A DNA stretch of 64,000 nucleotides from contig CM052832.1 in the NCBI GenBank assembly GCA_028534125.1, forward strand, positions 14,262,001 through 14,326,000, read 5' to 3'. Positions within the stretch are counted from its first letter, which is position 1; every line of letters begins with the position of its first letter. Source of the stretch: Lama glama. Lineage: Eukaryota. Below are positions 1 to 12,705 of this stretch, piece by piece. The position numbers and the translations under genes are program-made. The notes beneath the pieces are model-generated. The model worked only from the letters and a program-made list of their open reading frames with translations, made no database searches and was not told the origin of the DNA.

Positions 1-869
1 AAGCCCAGTTGTCTTTCCAACAGCAGTAAGCCTCAAATTTGGCTACTTAAATACACCTGAGGGAACTGGGGTGGGAGTAGGCATAGCCCAGAGGGGCCTA
101 CTGTGAAGTTTTGTGCTTCAGTTTGAAAAGACATGAGGATTTCCTCTTCTTGTCTATCATCCAGCCACGCTAGTTTTATTATAAAAAACAACTCCCCCCA
201 GTCTTTTGGTAAAACAAGTGCTGCAGGAAACCCTGCCACACCCTGAGGCTCTGCAGTTCATTTTGGGGAGGGAGCACCCTGGTTTGGAAAGCTCACAGAT
301 CTCTGTACCCATTTCCCCTGTGGGTAGAACCACAGCTCCAGCAGAGAGAGCTTAGACTGATTGATGTTGGGAAAGCCAAGATTCTTCTCCTTTGCAGCTG
401 AGCTACTGTGCAGGCTTTGTGTTTCAACGATCCTAGCTACTCTGTTAAATCTGCCCTGGCCACTGCCTACTGAGGTTATTTTCCCAAATGACTTAATGAG
501 TTGCAGAGAAGACATAAATACACGAACATCTGACCTCAGTGGACTGAAAAACTAATAAAAGTCACTGGCAAGGGCTTTCTCAGACAGCACAAAGTGAAGC
601 TGGGCCTAAATTCCCACAGTTTGGATATCACTGTTTCTTACAGCTGCCTTCCCTCTGCAGAGACAGCATAAACAAGGGTAAGTGTAAACAGCTGTCGGCG
701 GCCCCAGACAGGCTGGGATGCTCGCCCTAGACGATGACGTGTGAGAGATGAGTCGGGGGAGCCAGGGCAGAGGGGCAAAGGGAGTAGCCTGGGCCATGAC
801 CAAGCACAGGGCTGCCCCTGTCCTCCAGAGAAGTGGCAGATTTGGCAGGGGCCAGAAAGCTGAGCTCAC

Positions 870-1069
870 CTTGCTGGCATACTGCTCCAGGGCCACCACA
901 GTGTCTGCGCTGAAGCCCTCATCATCCTCTGTGGCCAGGTCCTCCAAGCCCACCTCCGTCTGCACAGCCAGGATGGTGCTGTCCGATGGCACAGCCATGG
1001 GGTGGTGAATGTAGGCAGTGGAGCCATCTTCCAGCTGGACGGCTTCCAGGGCACTGGGGTCATAGCCCT
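870..1069 (-). CDS. ZNF76: ZNF76 exon 5 (200 nt)
   Basis: tgcag|AG GGC TAT...AGC AAG|gtgag; encodes EGYDPSALEAVQLEDGSTAYIHH...EQYASK (within ORF 606..1112). Confidence 0.93.
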
Positions 1070-4000
1070 CTGCAGGGTACATGAGGTTAGCCCAAACACT
1101 GCACAAGGGCAAGAGATATGGCTGGGACCTGGGCTTTAAGGTAACGAGATGTACGTAGACTAAGGAGGATTTCAGTATCGGGCTTCTTGTCCCTCACCTT
1201 GATGATTCACTCTGGCTAGCCCTCTTTCTGGGGCTGCCCCTCCTAAGGATGAGGTCTCCTATGGAGTACTGATTGGGAACCCACAAGCTCCTTGAGGACC
1301 TGAGGGAACCAGCATCACTGGCCTAGATGACCTGAAGAACCTCCTAAATGGTGGCATCACAGCATCTAGGGGGATCTTTGCAGGACACAAATGTGACTGT
1401 GTTACTTGATGACCTAAACAGTTCAACCGTATCCCACTGGTTTCAGAATAAAGACCAAAACTTTATCCTGAAGCCCCAGCGCTCTGGCCCCCGCCTCTCT
1501 CTGTTCAGCTTCCTCTTACCCGCTCTGCCCTCATCCCCAGTACTCTAGCTCCTAGTAGTTCCTCGAACGTGCATTCTTTCTCCCTGCCCACCTCACCCTG
1601 GTCTCTGGGCCACACCTGCTGTTCCTTCTGTCTGGAGTACTGAACCTTTCCTGCAGTTGCTCTTCCCCTAGCTAAGCCCACTTCACCCTTCAGCTCTCAG
1701 CTCAAGCATCACTTCCTCAGAGAAGCCCTCCCTGAGCTTGAATCCCTTTTTCAATAAGTTCCTCAGTGATGGTTCCCTAGTGAGGCCTATTTCCCCACTA
1801 GACTCTAGGAGAGCAGGGACTATGTCTGGCTGTGTTCTCTCTTGTATACTCCACACCTAGTACAACACGTGGCACACAATTATTGCTCAAGAAACTACTT
1901 GTAATAGGAATAAACCATTATTCTTCAGTACCTTAAAAGCTTCATTCTTAAAAAATGTTAATTAAGTTTTCAGTCCTGGTCTTGGATGGTGTCGTTGGGT
2001 CTTATTTAAAGCTCTAAGACTTTGTGGCTGTGCTGGAGCCAGAGCTGCCATCAAGGCCCATGCTACTAATTCCCAAGGCAGAGCCTCCTGGCATAGGAAA
2101 CAGCTGCTCCTGCAGTCCACACCAGGGAAGGCAGGCGACACTGCTAATCCAGGTGAGCTTGGGGACCACAGATCCCATGTCTATGCCCCAACTCCCAAGG
2201 TGCACAACTCCATGCCCCAACCTCTGTCACTTCTGCCTCCCTTCCTTCCCGCCAGTTGTGACGACTATGAACCCACCTTTGGGTGTGCGGTGTATGTAGG
2301 CCATGCTGCCATCTTCCAGCTGCACAGGTTGTCCATCCTCAAACGAAAGAGGTTCTGTAATGAGAGCAATGTCCGCCTTTCTCTGGAGTTCGATGTCAGG
2401 GAGGGGTCCTTCAGTGGGGACTGCCCAGCCTACCTCACAAGGCAGGGGTGTCTCAGGATGCCCTCACCTTTCTGCACTGTCACTTGGTGAATATATGCAG
2501 TGGTCCCGTCTTCGAGCTGGATCACTTGCCCTTCTAGAAGCTTCTCTCCTGTGGAGGTAGAAATGGAGAGAAGCGGGCCAGGCCCAGAAGAGGGCTGAGG
2601 GACACCTGCCTGTTTTAGCAGAGGCCTGTTTGAGGCTCAGTCTGTGTGACATTCCATGCTACCTCCCTCCCTGCCTCCCAGGTCAGGGCCTCAGAGGTAC
2701 TAGGGGTAAAAACATCCTGTCATGAGGAACCTTATGGCTCCCAACAGACTCCCTTCCTGTCACTCGCAAGAGACACAACTTTATTTATTATTTCACCCAC
2801 ATCTGGCAAAGTGGGGACTTCCAACCTAGCACTAAGTTGCTGAGATTGACCAAAATGGTGAAAAAGGATGCCCTGAAACCTGGAAAGTCCCCAGTGGGTC
2901 AAAATTCAGATATGGCTCAAACTAAATCAAAATACATTTCCTCATCTCCCTGTAGCAGTATGCTAAAACCCAGACCCTCTGATAAGGCAGCAGAGCTTAG
3001 AGGTTAAAAGCAATGGGCTCTGGCAACAGTCCAGCCTCCTGGGTTTGAATTTCAGCTCTACCTCTTACTAGCTGTGTGATCTCGGATGCTTATTTAACCT
3101 CACTGTGCCTCAGTTTCCTCTTCTTAAAATGAGGATTAAACATGGTTTCTTCTTCACAGGGTTGCTGTGAGGGTTAAGTGAGTTTATGAATATAAAACAG
3201 TGCCAGGTATGTGGTCAACCCTCAATAAATCCTAGCGTTTACTGTAATAAGCCCAATCAGCATTTTAGAAGAAACAAAGTAGAGCAACAAGGAGCTGTTG
3301 AATGCGACATGTCCATCTAGATCTTGTTCCACTGCCACTGTTGGGTAATGCTTCCTTCACTGATCCCTGACATTTTCATTCTAATTTTCTAGCAAAACAA
3401 TTGACTCATCTAAGGCAACACAACAAGCAGTATTAAAATTATTAAGTTTCCAGGTTCCTAAGAGTTTCTAAGATATTATCCTTCCTTTATCTCAAATCCT
3501 TACTGGAAAGCACTTCTGAGAGCAAAAGGCTCTTCAATTTAGAATCATAATTAGAGAGGACTCTCCCTATGTTCAGTGAGTTTGAGAGGGAGAAGGGGTA
3601 AAGGAAATGAGAAAGGGAAGAAGAAAAGGGAGACTGAAGAGTTAATGACAAGTGGTTTGTTCCTTTCTTTACAAGTTTCAGGTTTAGGAATTTGAGCTCT
3701 TATGATGTGGGAAAAGGACAAGACAGCTGTTTCTGGCTCATCTCTCTGCTGATGTCTCCCTCCTCAGAATTCCCAAACTGAGTCTTCTTGGGTCAGTAAC
3801 TAACAGTTCTACAACCCGGCCAACAGCAGGTAAGGTGGAGACAAAGGTAAGAAGTCGGAGAGAAAGGCAGCTGACATGAGGGGAGAGTAACTTCCCAACT
3901 TCCCTCCCACCTGGCAAGCAGTAGGCTACCCTGCCTTTTAACACTTTACCTGTCCTAGCAAGGGCACCAGTACCTGGGGTTCTGAAAGTATCAGCAGGTA

Positions 4001-6013
4001 GCAGAGCGGTTATTGCTTCAGGGTAGGAAACAAGATGTTGAGAAGAGTTATTCGGGAAAAAATTTCAACCTAGAATTTCCTCTAACAACCAGAGATGACA
4101 ACAAGCAGAGGCAGCAAGGAGAAGAGCTGACTGATGGGGCCCTTGTACCCACTGTAGAGGTACCATAGGTTCCTGTTTGCCTAGAACAGTCCCAGTATAT
4201 TTATCCATGGCTTGCTGTTTCACTCTCAAAAGTTTCAGCTTTGAATAACACATTTTATGCTTACCCTAATTATAGACTAAGTCTCATAAAGTTTTAGGGC
4301 TTCCTGCTGGCTAAACTGGGCCCAGACAGAGAGCCTGCTGACAGATGAAAGTGCCCTGCTCGAGAGCTTCAGAGGAGCTCACAGCAAGTGATGCCTTTCA
4401 GGACAGTGTGGCTCTGGTTCCTGAAGGCCAGCTCTCTTCTCAGCAGTGTGAAATCTGTTGTGTGTGAGTGTGTGTGTGCCCACATGTAAGCACCCACAGC
4501 AGCACTGTGGAGGAGGCAGAGAACAGAGCCAGGAAGAGTGATGAGAGAACGATATAAATGGGGAGATGAGGGAGGCAAAGAGATCTAGATATAAGAAGGG
4601 AAGACATGAGAAAAGAATGTGGCTTTCTCAGGCCAAATGTGGCCACTTGTTTTTTATTCATTCATTCAACCATTAATTCGCAACAGAAGACTGAGGCATG
4701 GGAAATAACTGGGTCCATAGAGTAAACACAGCCCTATCTACAACTCCTGAGTTCTTCCATCCCACTGAGATTGCATCAAAGGGGCAAGACCCGTGATGGG
4801 AAGTCTGCGAACAGCAGGTTTCAGGCTTCAAAAGTATTCTAGAGAAGTTCCATTCTTAAGAAAACGAAGCCAGTCAGATCCAAACACTGTCACATGGAAA
4901 GAGCTTATTGACGAGATTAAGGGGCCTCTTTGTCGTCATCAGGAAGCAGACAATTTAAAATGAAATCAACAAACAATTAATCTGTAATCTTGGGACCTGA
5001 AATACATTTTGACAACATGTTGAAATGAAGGAAGGCAATGTTTCAATGACAGTGCAGTCATGTGGATGGTGGCACTCACAGAATCCAGAAAAGGAAAAAT
5101 AAAGAGTAGGAATGAGGCAGTGTTTGCCCAGTGCTGTCCAAAAAAGACATGCATGCCACCTGGCATGCCTGAGAATTGTGGCCAGAAAGAAGAAGCCTGT
5201 CATGACAGTGAGTGTCCCTGGCCAGAAGGCCCTGCTCTTCAACAACACTCTGTTCTGACTCCATGCCCAATTTGAGAATCTGAATTTCAGGTAAATCTGA
5301 ACTTCAGATAAATAATGAATTTTTTTTTTTAGTTATTGGTGTTATTATTTTACTGTTCTAAATGTTTAACTCATTTTTTATACATCTTTCTCATGCAGTA
5401 TTTGGGACATAGTTACACTACAAAATTATTCATTGTTTTTCTGTAATTAAAATTTAACTGTGTGCTCTATATTTTAATTTCTGGCAATCCTAGATGGGCC
5501 TAAGGCATGAGATCTATGCTTGGGTGCCCCCTGACCTAGAAGAGTATGTTGTATATGGTCGATGCTCAGAAGATAGTTTGAGTGCTTAAACTTGCTTAAA
5601 TCAAAATGAACTGCTTCTAGAAAGCACTGAGAAACTGGACAGGGAATATATGAAAAGCAGGAAGTCATAACCAGCACTGTGTTCATCCATTCCAGAAATC
5701 TTTATGAACTACTCACCACATGTAAGGGATTCTGCCTTTCAGGGGTCTTGGCTTCTATAGCTAGACTCATCTGATTCTCCAGCCTGCCTGCATGGCATTT
5801 TATTTTAAAGAGGTCCCCTTTTACTAATCGTCCTGAGAGTCCCTCATGCAGAGCAAGTTGTGGCAAGCAGGTGGGAGGGCAGGGTGATGGTGAGACCCTT
5901 GGAAGGGGATAGGGTGGCATTCTGAGGTCCCCAGAAATACCTTTCACAGCTTGCTGGACGTAAGCTGTTGTCCCATCACTGAGGGTCACCGTCTGCAGTC
6001 CCAAGCTCTCCAT
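870..6013 (-). CDS. ZNF76: ZNF76 (zinc finger protein 76, Staf/ZNF143 paralog), 5' part of spliced CDS: join(6013..5941,2548..2468,2354..2277,1069..870) = 432 nt, codons 1-144; continues beyond the window start
   Basis: Spliced translation MESLGLQTVTLSDGTTAYVQQAVKGEKLLEGQVIQLEDGTTAYIHQVTVQKEPLSFEDGQPVQLEDGSMAYIHRTPKEGYDPSALEAVQLEDGSTAYIHH...VALEQYASK matches the ZNF76 N-terminus as I recall it. All junctions are GT-AG and frame-consistent, and the gene lies downstream of SCUBE3. Confidence 0.95.
1440..1910 (+). mobile_element. L2 LINE 3' remnant
   Basis: Degenerate L2-like motifs (tctcagctcaagcatcacttcctcagagaagccctccctg; ctagtacaacacgtggcacac...ctcaagaaactacttg). Confidence 0.6.
2277..2354 (-). 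CDS. ZNF76: ZNF76 exon 4 (78 nt)
   Basis: tacag|AA CCT...CCC AAA G|gtggg; encodes EPLSFEDGQPVQLEDGSMAYIHRTPK. Confidence 0.93.
2468..2548 (-). CDS. ZNF76: ZNF76 exon 3 (81 nt)
   Basis: cag|GA GAG AAG...CAG AAA G|gtgag; encodes GEKLLEGQVIQLEDGTTAYIHQVTVQK. Confidence 0.93.
2985..3245 (+). mobile_element. MIR SINE
   Basis: Core ctgggtttgaatttcagctctacctcttactagctgtgtgatc...ttatttaacctcactgtgcctcagtttcctc. Confidence 0.8.
5290..5492. mobile_element. MER53-like palindromic DNA transposon remnant
   Basis: ttcagataaataatgaatttttt...tgggacatagttacactacaaaattattcattgtttttctgtaattaaaatttaactg...ctggcaatcct resembles the MER53 consensus as recalled. Confidence 0.55.
5941..6013 (-). CDS. ZNF76: ZNF76 first coding exon (exon 2; full exon 5941..6109 including 5' UTR)
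   Basis: gccATGg strong Kozak at 6013; encodes MESLGLQTVTLSDGTTAYVQQAVK; donor AAG|gtattt; acceptor tttctcag|ATT at 6109. Confidence 0.93.
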
Positions 6014-6638
6014 GGCAAACTACTGCTCGTGCACTCAGACATGAAGTTGGCTTCCTCCTAGCACCGAGAGCCACAGCTGAGGTCAGAGATTTCTTTTTGC
6101 GTCACAAATCTGAGAAAGTGGACAGTGTCATATTGTGAGTTGCACGACTTCCTCCTGCTGCAAGGACACACAGGGAAAGAGTGGATGAGGCCAGCCAAGA
6201 AGAAAAACATGAATTCTGCAAAGTAGATAACTATACTGGTTTTTATTAAGAGGCTTCAAAATATACACATTTAAGAATTCTAAAGGTTATATAAGAGAAG
6301 CACACCAGCCAAACTGGATGTAAAGTACAATTTCATTAATTAAAATCCACTTTTAAACTTGCTCCTCTTAGAAGGGAGCCCCACTGAAGGTAAGCAGCCA
6401 ACTCCACTGCTGCTGGTTTTCTGTGAGATTTCTGACATCTCTCTTTTGCTCAGATCCATCCTTGTAAAGACCCTATAGGCATCACAAATGGAATGAGTCC
6501 CCAGCAGAACTCACAAGGCCTCCCTCCTTCGAAATGTTCCACTTCTAGTATCCCCTACCCCAGGGATAGCATCTCCAGCCACCCACAATCAGTGGGGGTA
6601 ATTCTTGAGTCTTCCTTTTCCCTCAGAAGTCTAGATAC

Positions 6639-7454
6639 ACCACCATCTTACACCATACACAAAAATTAACTCAAAATGGATTAAAGACTTGAATGTAAGA
6701 CCTGAGACCATAAAACGCCTAGAAGAAAACACAGGTGGTCAGCTCCTGGACATCAGTCTTGGTGATGATTTTTTTGGATTTGACCCCAAAAGCAAAAGAA
6801 ACAAAGCAAAAACAAACAAGTGGGACTACATTAAACTAAAAAGCTTCTGCACAGCAAAGAAAACCATCAACAAAATGAAAAGGCAATCTACTAAATGGGA
6901 GAAAGTATTTGCAAATCATATATCTGATAAGGGGTTAATATCCAAAATATACAAAGAACTCATACAACTCAATAGCAAAAAACCAAACAATCCAATTAAA
7001 AAGTGGGCAGAGGATCTGAATACATATTTTCCCAGAGAAGATATACAAATGGCTTCTGGTACATGAAAAGATGCTCAATATCCCTAATCATCAGGGAAAT
7101 GCAAATCAAAACCACACTGAGATATCTTACACCTGTCAGAATGCTACTATCAGAAAGACAAGGAAAAAAAAGGTGTTGGTGAGCATGTCGAGTAGAGGAA
7201 ACTCTTGTGCATTGTTGGTGGGGATGTAAATTGGTGCAGCCACTATGGAAAACAGTATGGAGGTTCCTCAAAAAATTAAAAATAGAACTACCATTTGATC
7301 TAGCAATTTCACTTCTGGATATTTATCTAAAGAAACCAAAACCTTAAGTTGAAAAGATATATGCACCCCCATGTTCACTACAGCATTATTTATAATGGTC
7401 AAGACATGGAAACAGCCTAAGCGTCCACTGAAGGGTGAACGAATAAAGATGTCT

Positions 7455-7502
<48 letters not shown>

Positions 7503-7975
7503 GATATTATTCAGCCATAAAAAGAACGAAATCTTGCCATTTGTTTTTCTCTGCCTGATGAAGAGAAATACTGTGAGATCTCACTTATATGTGGAATCTT
7601 AAAACAAAAAAACCCCTCAGATTCCTAGACACAGAGAACAGATTGGTAGTTGCCAAAAGCCGGGATTGGGGGTAGTAAAATGAGTGGAGGGAATAAGGGA
7701 CTAAAAAGGTACCAACTTCTAGTTACAAAATAAGTCTTGGGCATGTAATAGACAGCATGCTGATTACAGTTAATAACAGCTTACTGAATATTTGAAAGTT
7801 GCTAAGAGAGTAAATCTTAAAAGTTTTTATCACAAAAAAATTACATATGTTGCTGGATGTTAACTAGACTTAACTGCGGTGATCATTTCACAGTATACAC
7901 AAATATCGAATCATTATGTTGTACACTTGAACATAATGTATAGCAATTATACTTCAATTTAAAAAATAAAAAAAA
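6639..7975 (+). mobile_element. 5'-truncated L1 (L1MA-like): ORF2 C-terminal remnant, 3' UTR and A tail, inserted into an older L2
   Basis: ORF 6689..7066 ([13 protein letters not shown]...[14 protein letters not shown]...[22 protein letters not shown]) is the L1 ORF2 C-terminus. It ends in an A-rich tail, with an imperfect TSD aagtctagatac (6627-6638) / aaatctaggtac (7973-7984). Confidence 0.92.
7457..7500. repeat. (CA)n microsatellite, ~22 units, inside the L1
   Basis: Direct inspection. Confidence 0.95.
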
Positions 7976-8879
7976 TCTAGGTACCTAATTTCAGGTAGGT
8001 ATCAATCACCTCTCACCTCTTGATTACTGTAAGAGCCTCCTAACGTATATCCTCAAATAAATTCTTGCCTGTTTCCTATTCTTGTAACATTGTGTGCCAG
8101 GTGTCTTAAAAAAAGTAAAAACTAAATCTACTTCCTTGATTAGAACTCTTCAGTGGCTTTTTATCACCCTAAGAATTCATTCACCTTGCAGGCAAGGCTG
8201 GTCCCCTTATAAGTCCCTGTAGCCCTGGGTACTACCTCTTTCTGGCACTCACAATCCTGGAGTCACCTACTTTAGTACTTATCATGACCTCTTTAACACA
8301 TGTTGCCTACACAAGACTTTGGGCTCCAGCTTGGTTTCTAGTTCACTGTGGGCTCTCCACAAATCCTTGGAGAGAGGCTCACCAGGTCTTTGTATGAGGA
8401 GGGAAGCACTGGAGCATCCTACTGGCAGCACCTGCTCTTGCTGCTGTGGTGTGGAGCATACTGGAGCAGGAGAGCCCACACTTGTGAAGCCTCTGCTCTA
8501 GGCTCATAAGATTCTCTTTGCCACACATCCACAGAATTCTTCTGGACTTGGGAGTCTGGACTGCCTACTTGAGTCTCACTACCTGGTAGCTGATCTTCTC
8601 AAAACAGTGCTGCCCAAAGTGCTTTCACATCAGGGTATCCAGAGAGAAGGATAATTGAATGTCACACTTTGGATGTTGCTGCTTGAAGCCAGGAGGAACC
8701 AGGAGGGGCTTTGGTAGCCACAAGGGCTGAGTGGATCAGTATCCTGACATAACAATAGCCCATTTGTGACACACTGGTTGGGATGCTCTACCCTAGACCT
8801 GGCACCTCCACAAGAATTACTCATCCATCCTGTCCATAAACATTTAATGAATGGGCTAAGCTCTGGGGATAGCAACACT

Positions 8880-9130
8880 ACTGCCACTAAGAGTGAACAC
8901 TGCTGGAGAGCTAACCATGTTCCAGGCATTTACACATGTAACTTGCTTAATCCTCACAACGATCCTATAATTAAATACTATTATTATCCTCATTTTACAG
9001 TTGAGGGAATTGAAGCCCAAGACATTAACTTCCTCAAGGTTGCACAGCAAATAAGTGGGAGAAGAGGATTTGAATTCAGGCTGCCATCTGGCTCCAGAGT
9101 GTGCTTTTAAGCAGTTTACTCTGCTGCCAA
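8880..9130 (-). mobile_element. MIR SINE
   Basis: ttaatcctcacaacgatcctat...tattatcctcattttacagttgaggga...aaggttgcacagc...ggatttgaattcagg. Confidence 0.75.
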
Positions 9131-9654
9131 TCACAGAAGTTTTTAGCTGGGGGCTTATGAACCCTGCAGCCACCTGATAATGCTTCCTGGTGTGTGAGCT
9201 TGTCCATTTTTTCTGAAAAGGGGAGAGTCCATGATTGTCATTTGAGTCTTACAGGGACTAAAGGAGGCAAAGAACCACTGTCTAGGTGGGAATTCTGACA
9301 TCTGACATCTCTCTGGTCTACTAGGTCTGCTAATCCTGTTAAACTCCACGTGGTCCCTACCTCATGGAAGCTCTGGTCCTGGCCTTTCTTGGTCTGCTCC
9401 AGGACCTTTGACTTTCATCCTCTTCACTGGGGAGAAAAGTTCTTTTGGTAACCTGTTTTTGTGTTAACAGCATTGTGTCAGAAATGAGAATACACTCAAG
9501 AGACCTAGGTCTGAAAAAAAGCAGACTGTACATTGAAAAGGGATTACAAAATGGCCTCAAATCTTTATTGCTGGGGCCTGTGGCTGCTGAAGCAATGGTT
9601 GGTTTAATTTAATTCATCTGTATTCTATTGAGACTATCTGAGGAAAATCCATGC

Positions 9655-9890
9655 CGTGGTTAAAAAGACAGGCTATGGAGTCAGACAGGTTAAATTCTAA
9701 TCCACATTCTGCCTCTTTGAAGCTGTGTACCCTTTGACAAGTAACTGAACTCTCTGAATCTTAGAGGCTACTTCTAAAAAATGAGGATAATAGTGGCACT
9801 TTCTTCACACGTTGCTGTAAGGATTAAATGAGGTCACATATGTCAGCATTTAGCACAGTGATGGCACACAGGAAGTATTCTAGAAATACT
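9655..9890 (+). mobile_element. MIR SINE
   Basis: gtggttaaaaagacaggctatggagtcagac...gctgtgtacc...aaaatgaggataatag...gttgctgtaaggattaaatgag. Confidence 0.75.
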
Positions 9891-10119
9891 GGCTCTAAGG
9901 AGAAGGGGATGGAAGAAGAACTTTAAAGGGATATGCTTTTGAAGCAATGGGTATTTCTAAAACACAGCCAAGAGTAGTGGCAACAGCCTGGGAACAGAAG
10001 TCTGCAGAAATGCTTCTAACCTCTATTCTACCTCCTATAACTGTCTCTTAATTTATAAAATAACGTGTTGGTCCAGATGATCCTAAAACTCTTCCACTGC
10101 TCATGCTAATTATATTTAT

Positions 10120-10345
10120 CAAATATATAGCCCTTAATATGTGCCAGCTGCTGTTCAAAGCACTTTACCCATACTAACTCTTTTAATCTTAAAAATAACC
10201 CTCTAAGGAAGTAGGTGAACTATCCCCATTTTACAGATGGGGTGACTGAGACTTAGAGGTAGAGTAATTTGTCCAAGGTCCCACAGCTAGTTAGTGCTGA
10301 AGCCAGGATTAAAGCCAGGCTGGCTGGCCTCAGAGTCTGCACTTC
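10120..10345 (-). mobile_element. MIR SINE
   Basis: tatccccattttacagatggggtgactgagacttagagg...ttgtccaaggtcccacagctagttagtg. Confidence 0.8.
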
Positions 10346-11889
10346 TCAGTATCTGGTGTGTTCCTTCCTTTTGCTAATCCACTGTGACAAAATGTCAGCT
10401 CTCAAAACACTTGAATACTGGTTGTTTAACTTCCATCTCACCCAGTGCAACTGAAACCCAGTCCCTCTTGACCTGACCACATGGAAAGAGGGAATGGCTG
10501 GTAGCCACATTTCCCAAAATAATGCTTTTTAGACTCAGAGAAAACAAATCTCCATTCTTTTACATGTCCTCATGTCCAGGCTAAATATTCACTTTTCCTC
10601 CTTGAGCCTCATAACATAAACCTTTAAAACAGTCCACTCTTGCTCTCTAATTTTTCTTGACCTCTGAAGCTGCCTTCTAACAGAACATGACTGTGGGTGA
10701 CCGAGAAGGTGCTTCATGGCTATCAGGCATGCACAAGTGTCTGACTGCCATTTTTCTCCCCTTCTTTCGTTAAATGATGGTCTACTCTGATCCTCCTGTG
10801 CTGGTACTAAACTAACAACAGTGACACTGGCAGAGCCAGGGAGAGGCTTGTCACTGCCTCAGGACGGCTGTGTCTGAGCAGTTTTCACCTGCACCTGACA
10901 CTTCAGATTCGTAACACCCACAGCCCTCTGAGAAAGGGCAAGGGGAGAAGGGGCAGCTGCTATGTTTTCTCCTCGGAGGCCATAAGGTTTACCAGCTCCC
11001 TAATGACCTGAGCCAGGGATGGGGGTATGTGGGGGATGCCGGGAAAAAGAGCCATGATAAAAGGTGGGGATGAAAAGTGAGCATCCTGACACTCCCAGAA
11101 TTGGCAAGTCCAGCTCCTCTTTGTTGCATTTTTAAATGAACTTAACCAATTGTTGGCTCTGATAAAGGAAATAGCTGTATGGCTTCATAATATATAAATG
11201 TGTTTCCTAATGTAAAAACTTTATAATTATTGGCAAGATAACATTTAGAAAAACTTCTTACATATTTTGGATCTTTAGGTCTCTCTATGAAACAAGATGT
11301 GCTTAAACTGCCTCCTCAAAGCAGAAAAATAAGGAATATGATAGACAGGAAACTAAAGAGTAGCAGTGTATTTGTGTTTCTCCACGTTGCACGGTTCATA
11401 TCTAATCTGACCCACACCCATGCTGGGCTTCGCCTTAACTACAGGCACCTGTTCGCTACTCTGTCATTTTCTGCTAAACCCAACGCTCTGGACATTTGGA
11501 ACAAGGCTTTCTGCACCCTGCCTCACCCAGATCAGAGGGCAACTGTATATAGAGGCCAAAAAAAGGAAAAACAAAACATTTGCTTGGAAAGAGAATGCTC
11601 AACTTTGGAGAAAAAAAATGACTTAATTTTCACTCAGATAATTCCTCATCTGGAAATACAGAAAACTTCTTAGGACAAAACAACATTAGGTTGGGCAGGA
11701 CGAAGGCTGAGGGAGTCAAGTGGCAAACAACTAAGAACCAGATTTGGAAGAACTGTAGTAAAATGATTCAGATTTGTTATTATAGGAAAAGACTTCAACG
11801 CACACACAAAACCCCTAGTGAAACAGGCTTGCTTCTGTAGGTTTCCAAACACTAAAGAGAAAAAAGAAAATTAAAAACAGAAACACATT

Positions 11890-12017
11890 GTAGGGGAGGA
11901 TATAGCTCAAGTGGTAGAGCGCATGCTTAGCATACACAGGGTCATGGGTTCAATCCCCAGTACCTCCTCTGAAAATAAATAAATAAGCCTAATTACCGCC
12001 CCCCCCCAAAAAACCCC
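11890..12017 (+). mobile_element. tRNA-Ala-derived SINE (camelid vic-1-like), full length with 16-bp TSD
   Basis: Head ggggaggatatagctcaagtggtagagcgcatgcttagcat...gggttcaatccccagtacctcc with A/B boxes; tail aataaataa-cctaattacc-C run-A run; perfect TSD aaaacagaaacacatt at 11874-11889 and 12018-12033. Confidence 0.9.
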
Positions 12018-12705
12018 AAAACAGAAACACATTAAAACATCAGCTAAAGATTTCTTTGCAAAAGGCACACTGATGTTAAAAGCCCAAAGTACTTTTTAAG
12101 TATGGTTCCTATTTGGCTTCTACAAATTTATAGGCTTGAATTAGTCACAGAAAAGGGAATAATTAGGCAAAGTGCATTATTTTCAATTCCAAAAGGGCAA
12201 TGAAAAAGCAGACCCCTCTACTGCAGAACAGAATTCATTTAAATTAAAATAGATAACTTAAAAATCTAATTTGCAGCCAAACGTTTTAGTGAATTTTAAC
12301 ATCTTAGTTTGTAATTGCCCAACATAGCAATCATGGCTGAGTTTCAAATCCACCTTTAATCCACGACAAGAAAAGTCCAGAATAAAGGCATTTTGGAAGG
12401 GTTATTCTAAGGATATCGCTTTACATCAACAAGCAAGTTAATATAGATATGAAGTAATATCTCAATTGTTTCTGGAATTCAGTTTGGGGTCACTGCTGGC
12501 TTGAGAAGGGCTATTTGAAAATGAAACATTCCATCAGCAACAGGAGAGACTGGATCATCACAGTACTCAGAAATATCATGTTATTTAAAACATCACCCTG
12601 GGGCAAAAAGGTTAAATTTATATTGTCAGTTCATCAAAATGGAACAATATCCAGACCTCAGACAGGAAGAGAAGGTAGTTTGGGACTTTTAAAGCATAAG
12701 AAAAT

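Noticed and set aside
6689..7066. 125-aa ORF as a standalone gene
   Set aside because: It is a fragment of L1 ORF2 in a 5'-truncated, decayed element.
11893..11968. tRNA-Ala(AGC)-like gene (also at 16045 and 16191-16279)
   Set aside because: The copies have SINE tails and TSDs, diverged stems and multiple degenerate versions; they are tRNA-derived SINEs, not tRNA genes.
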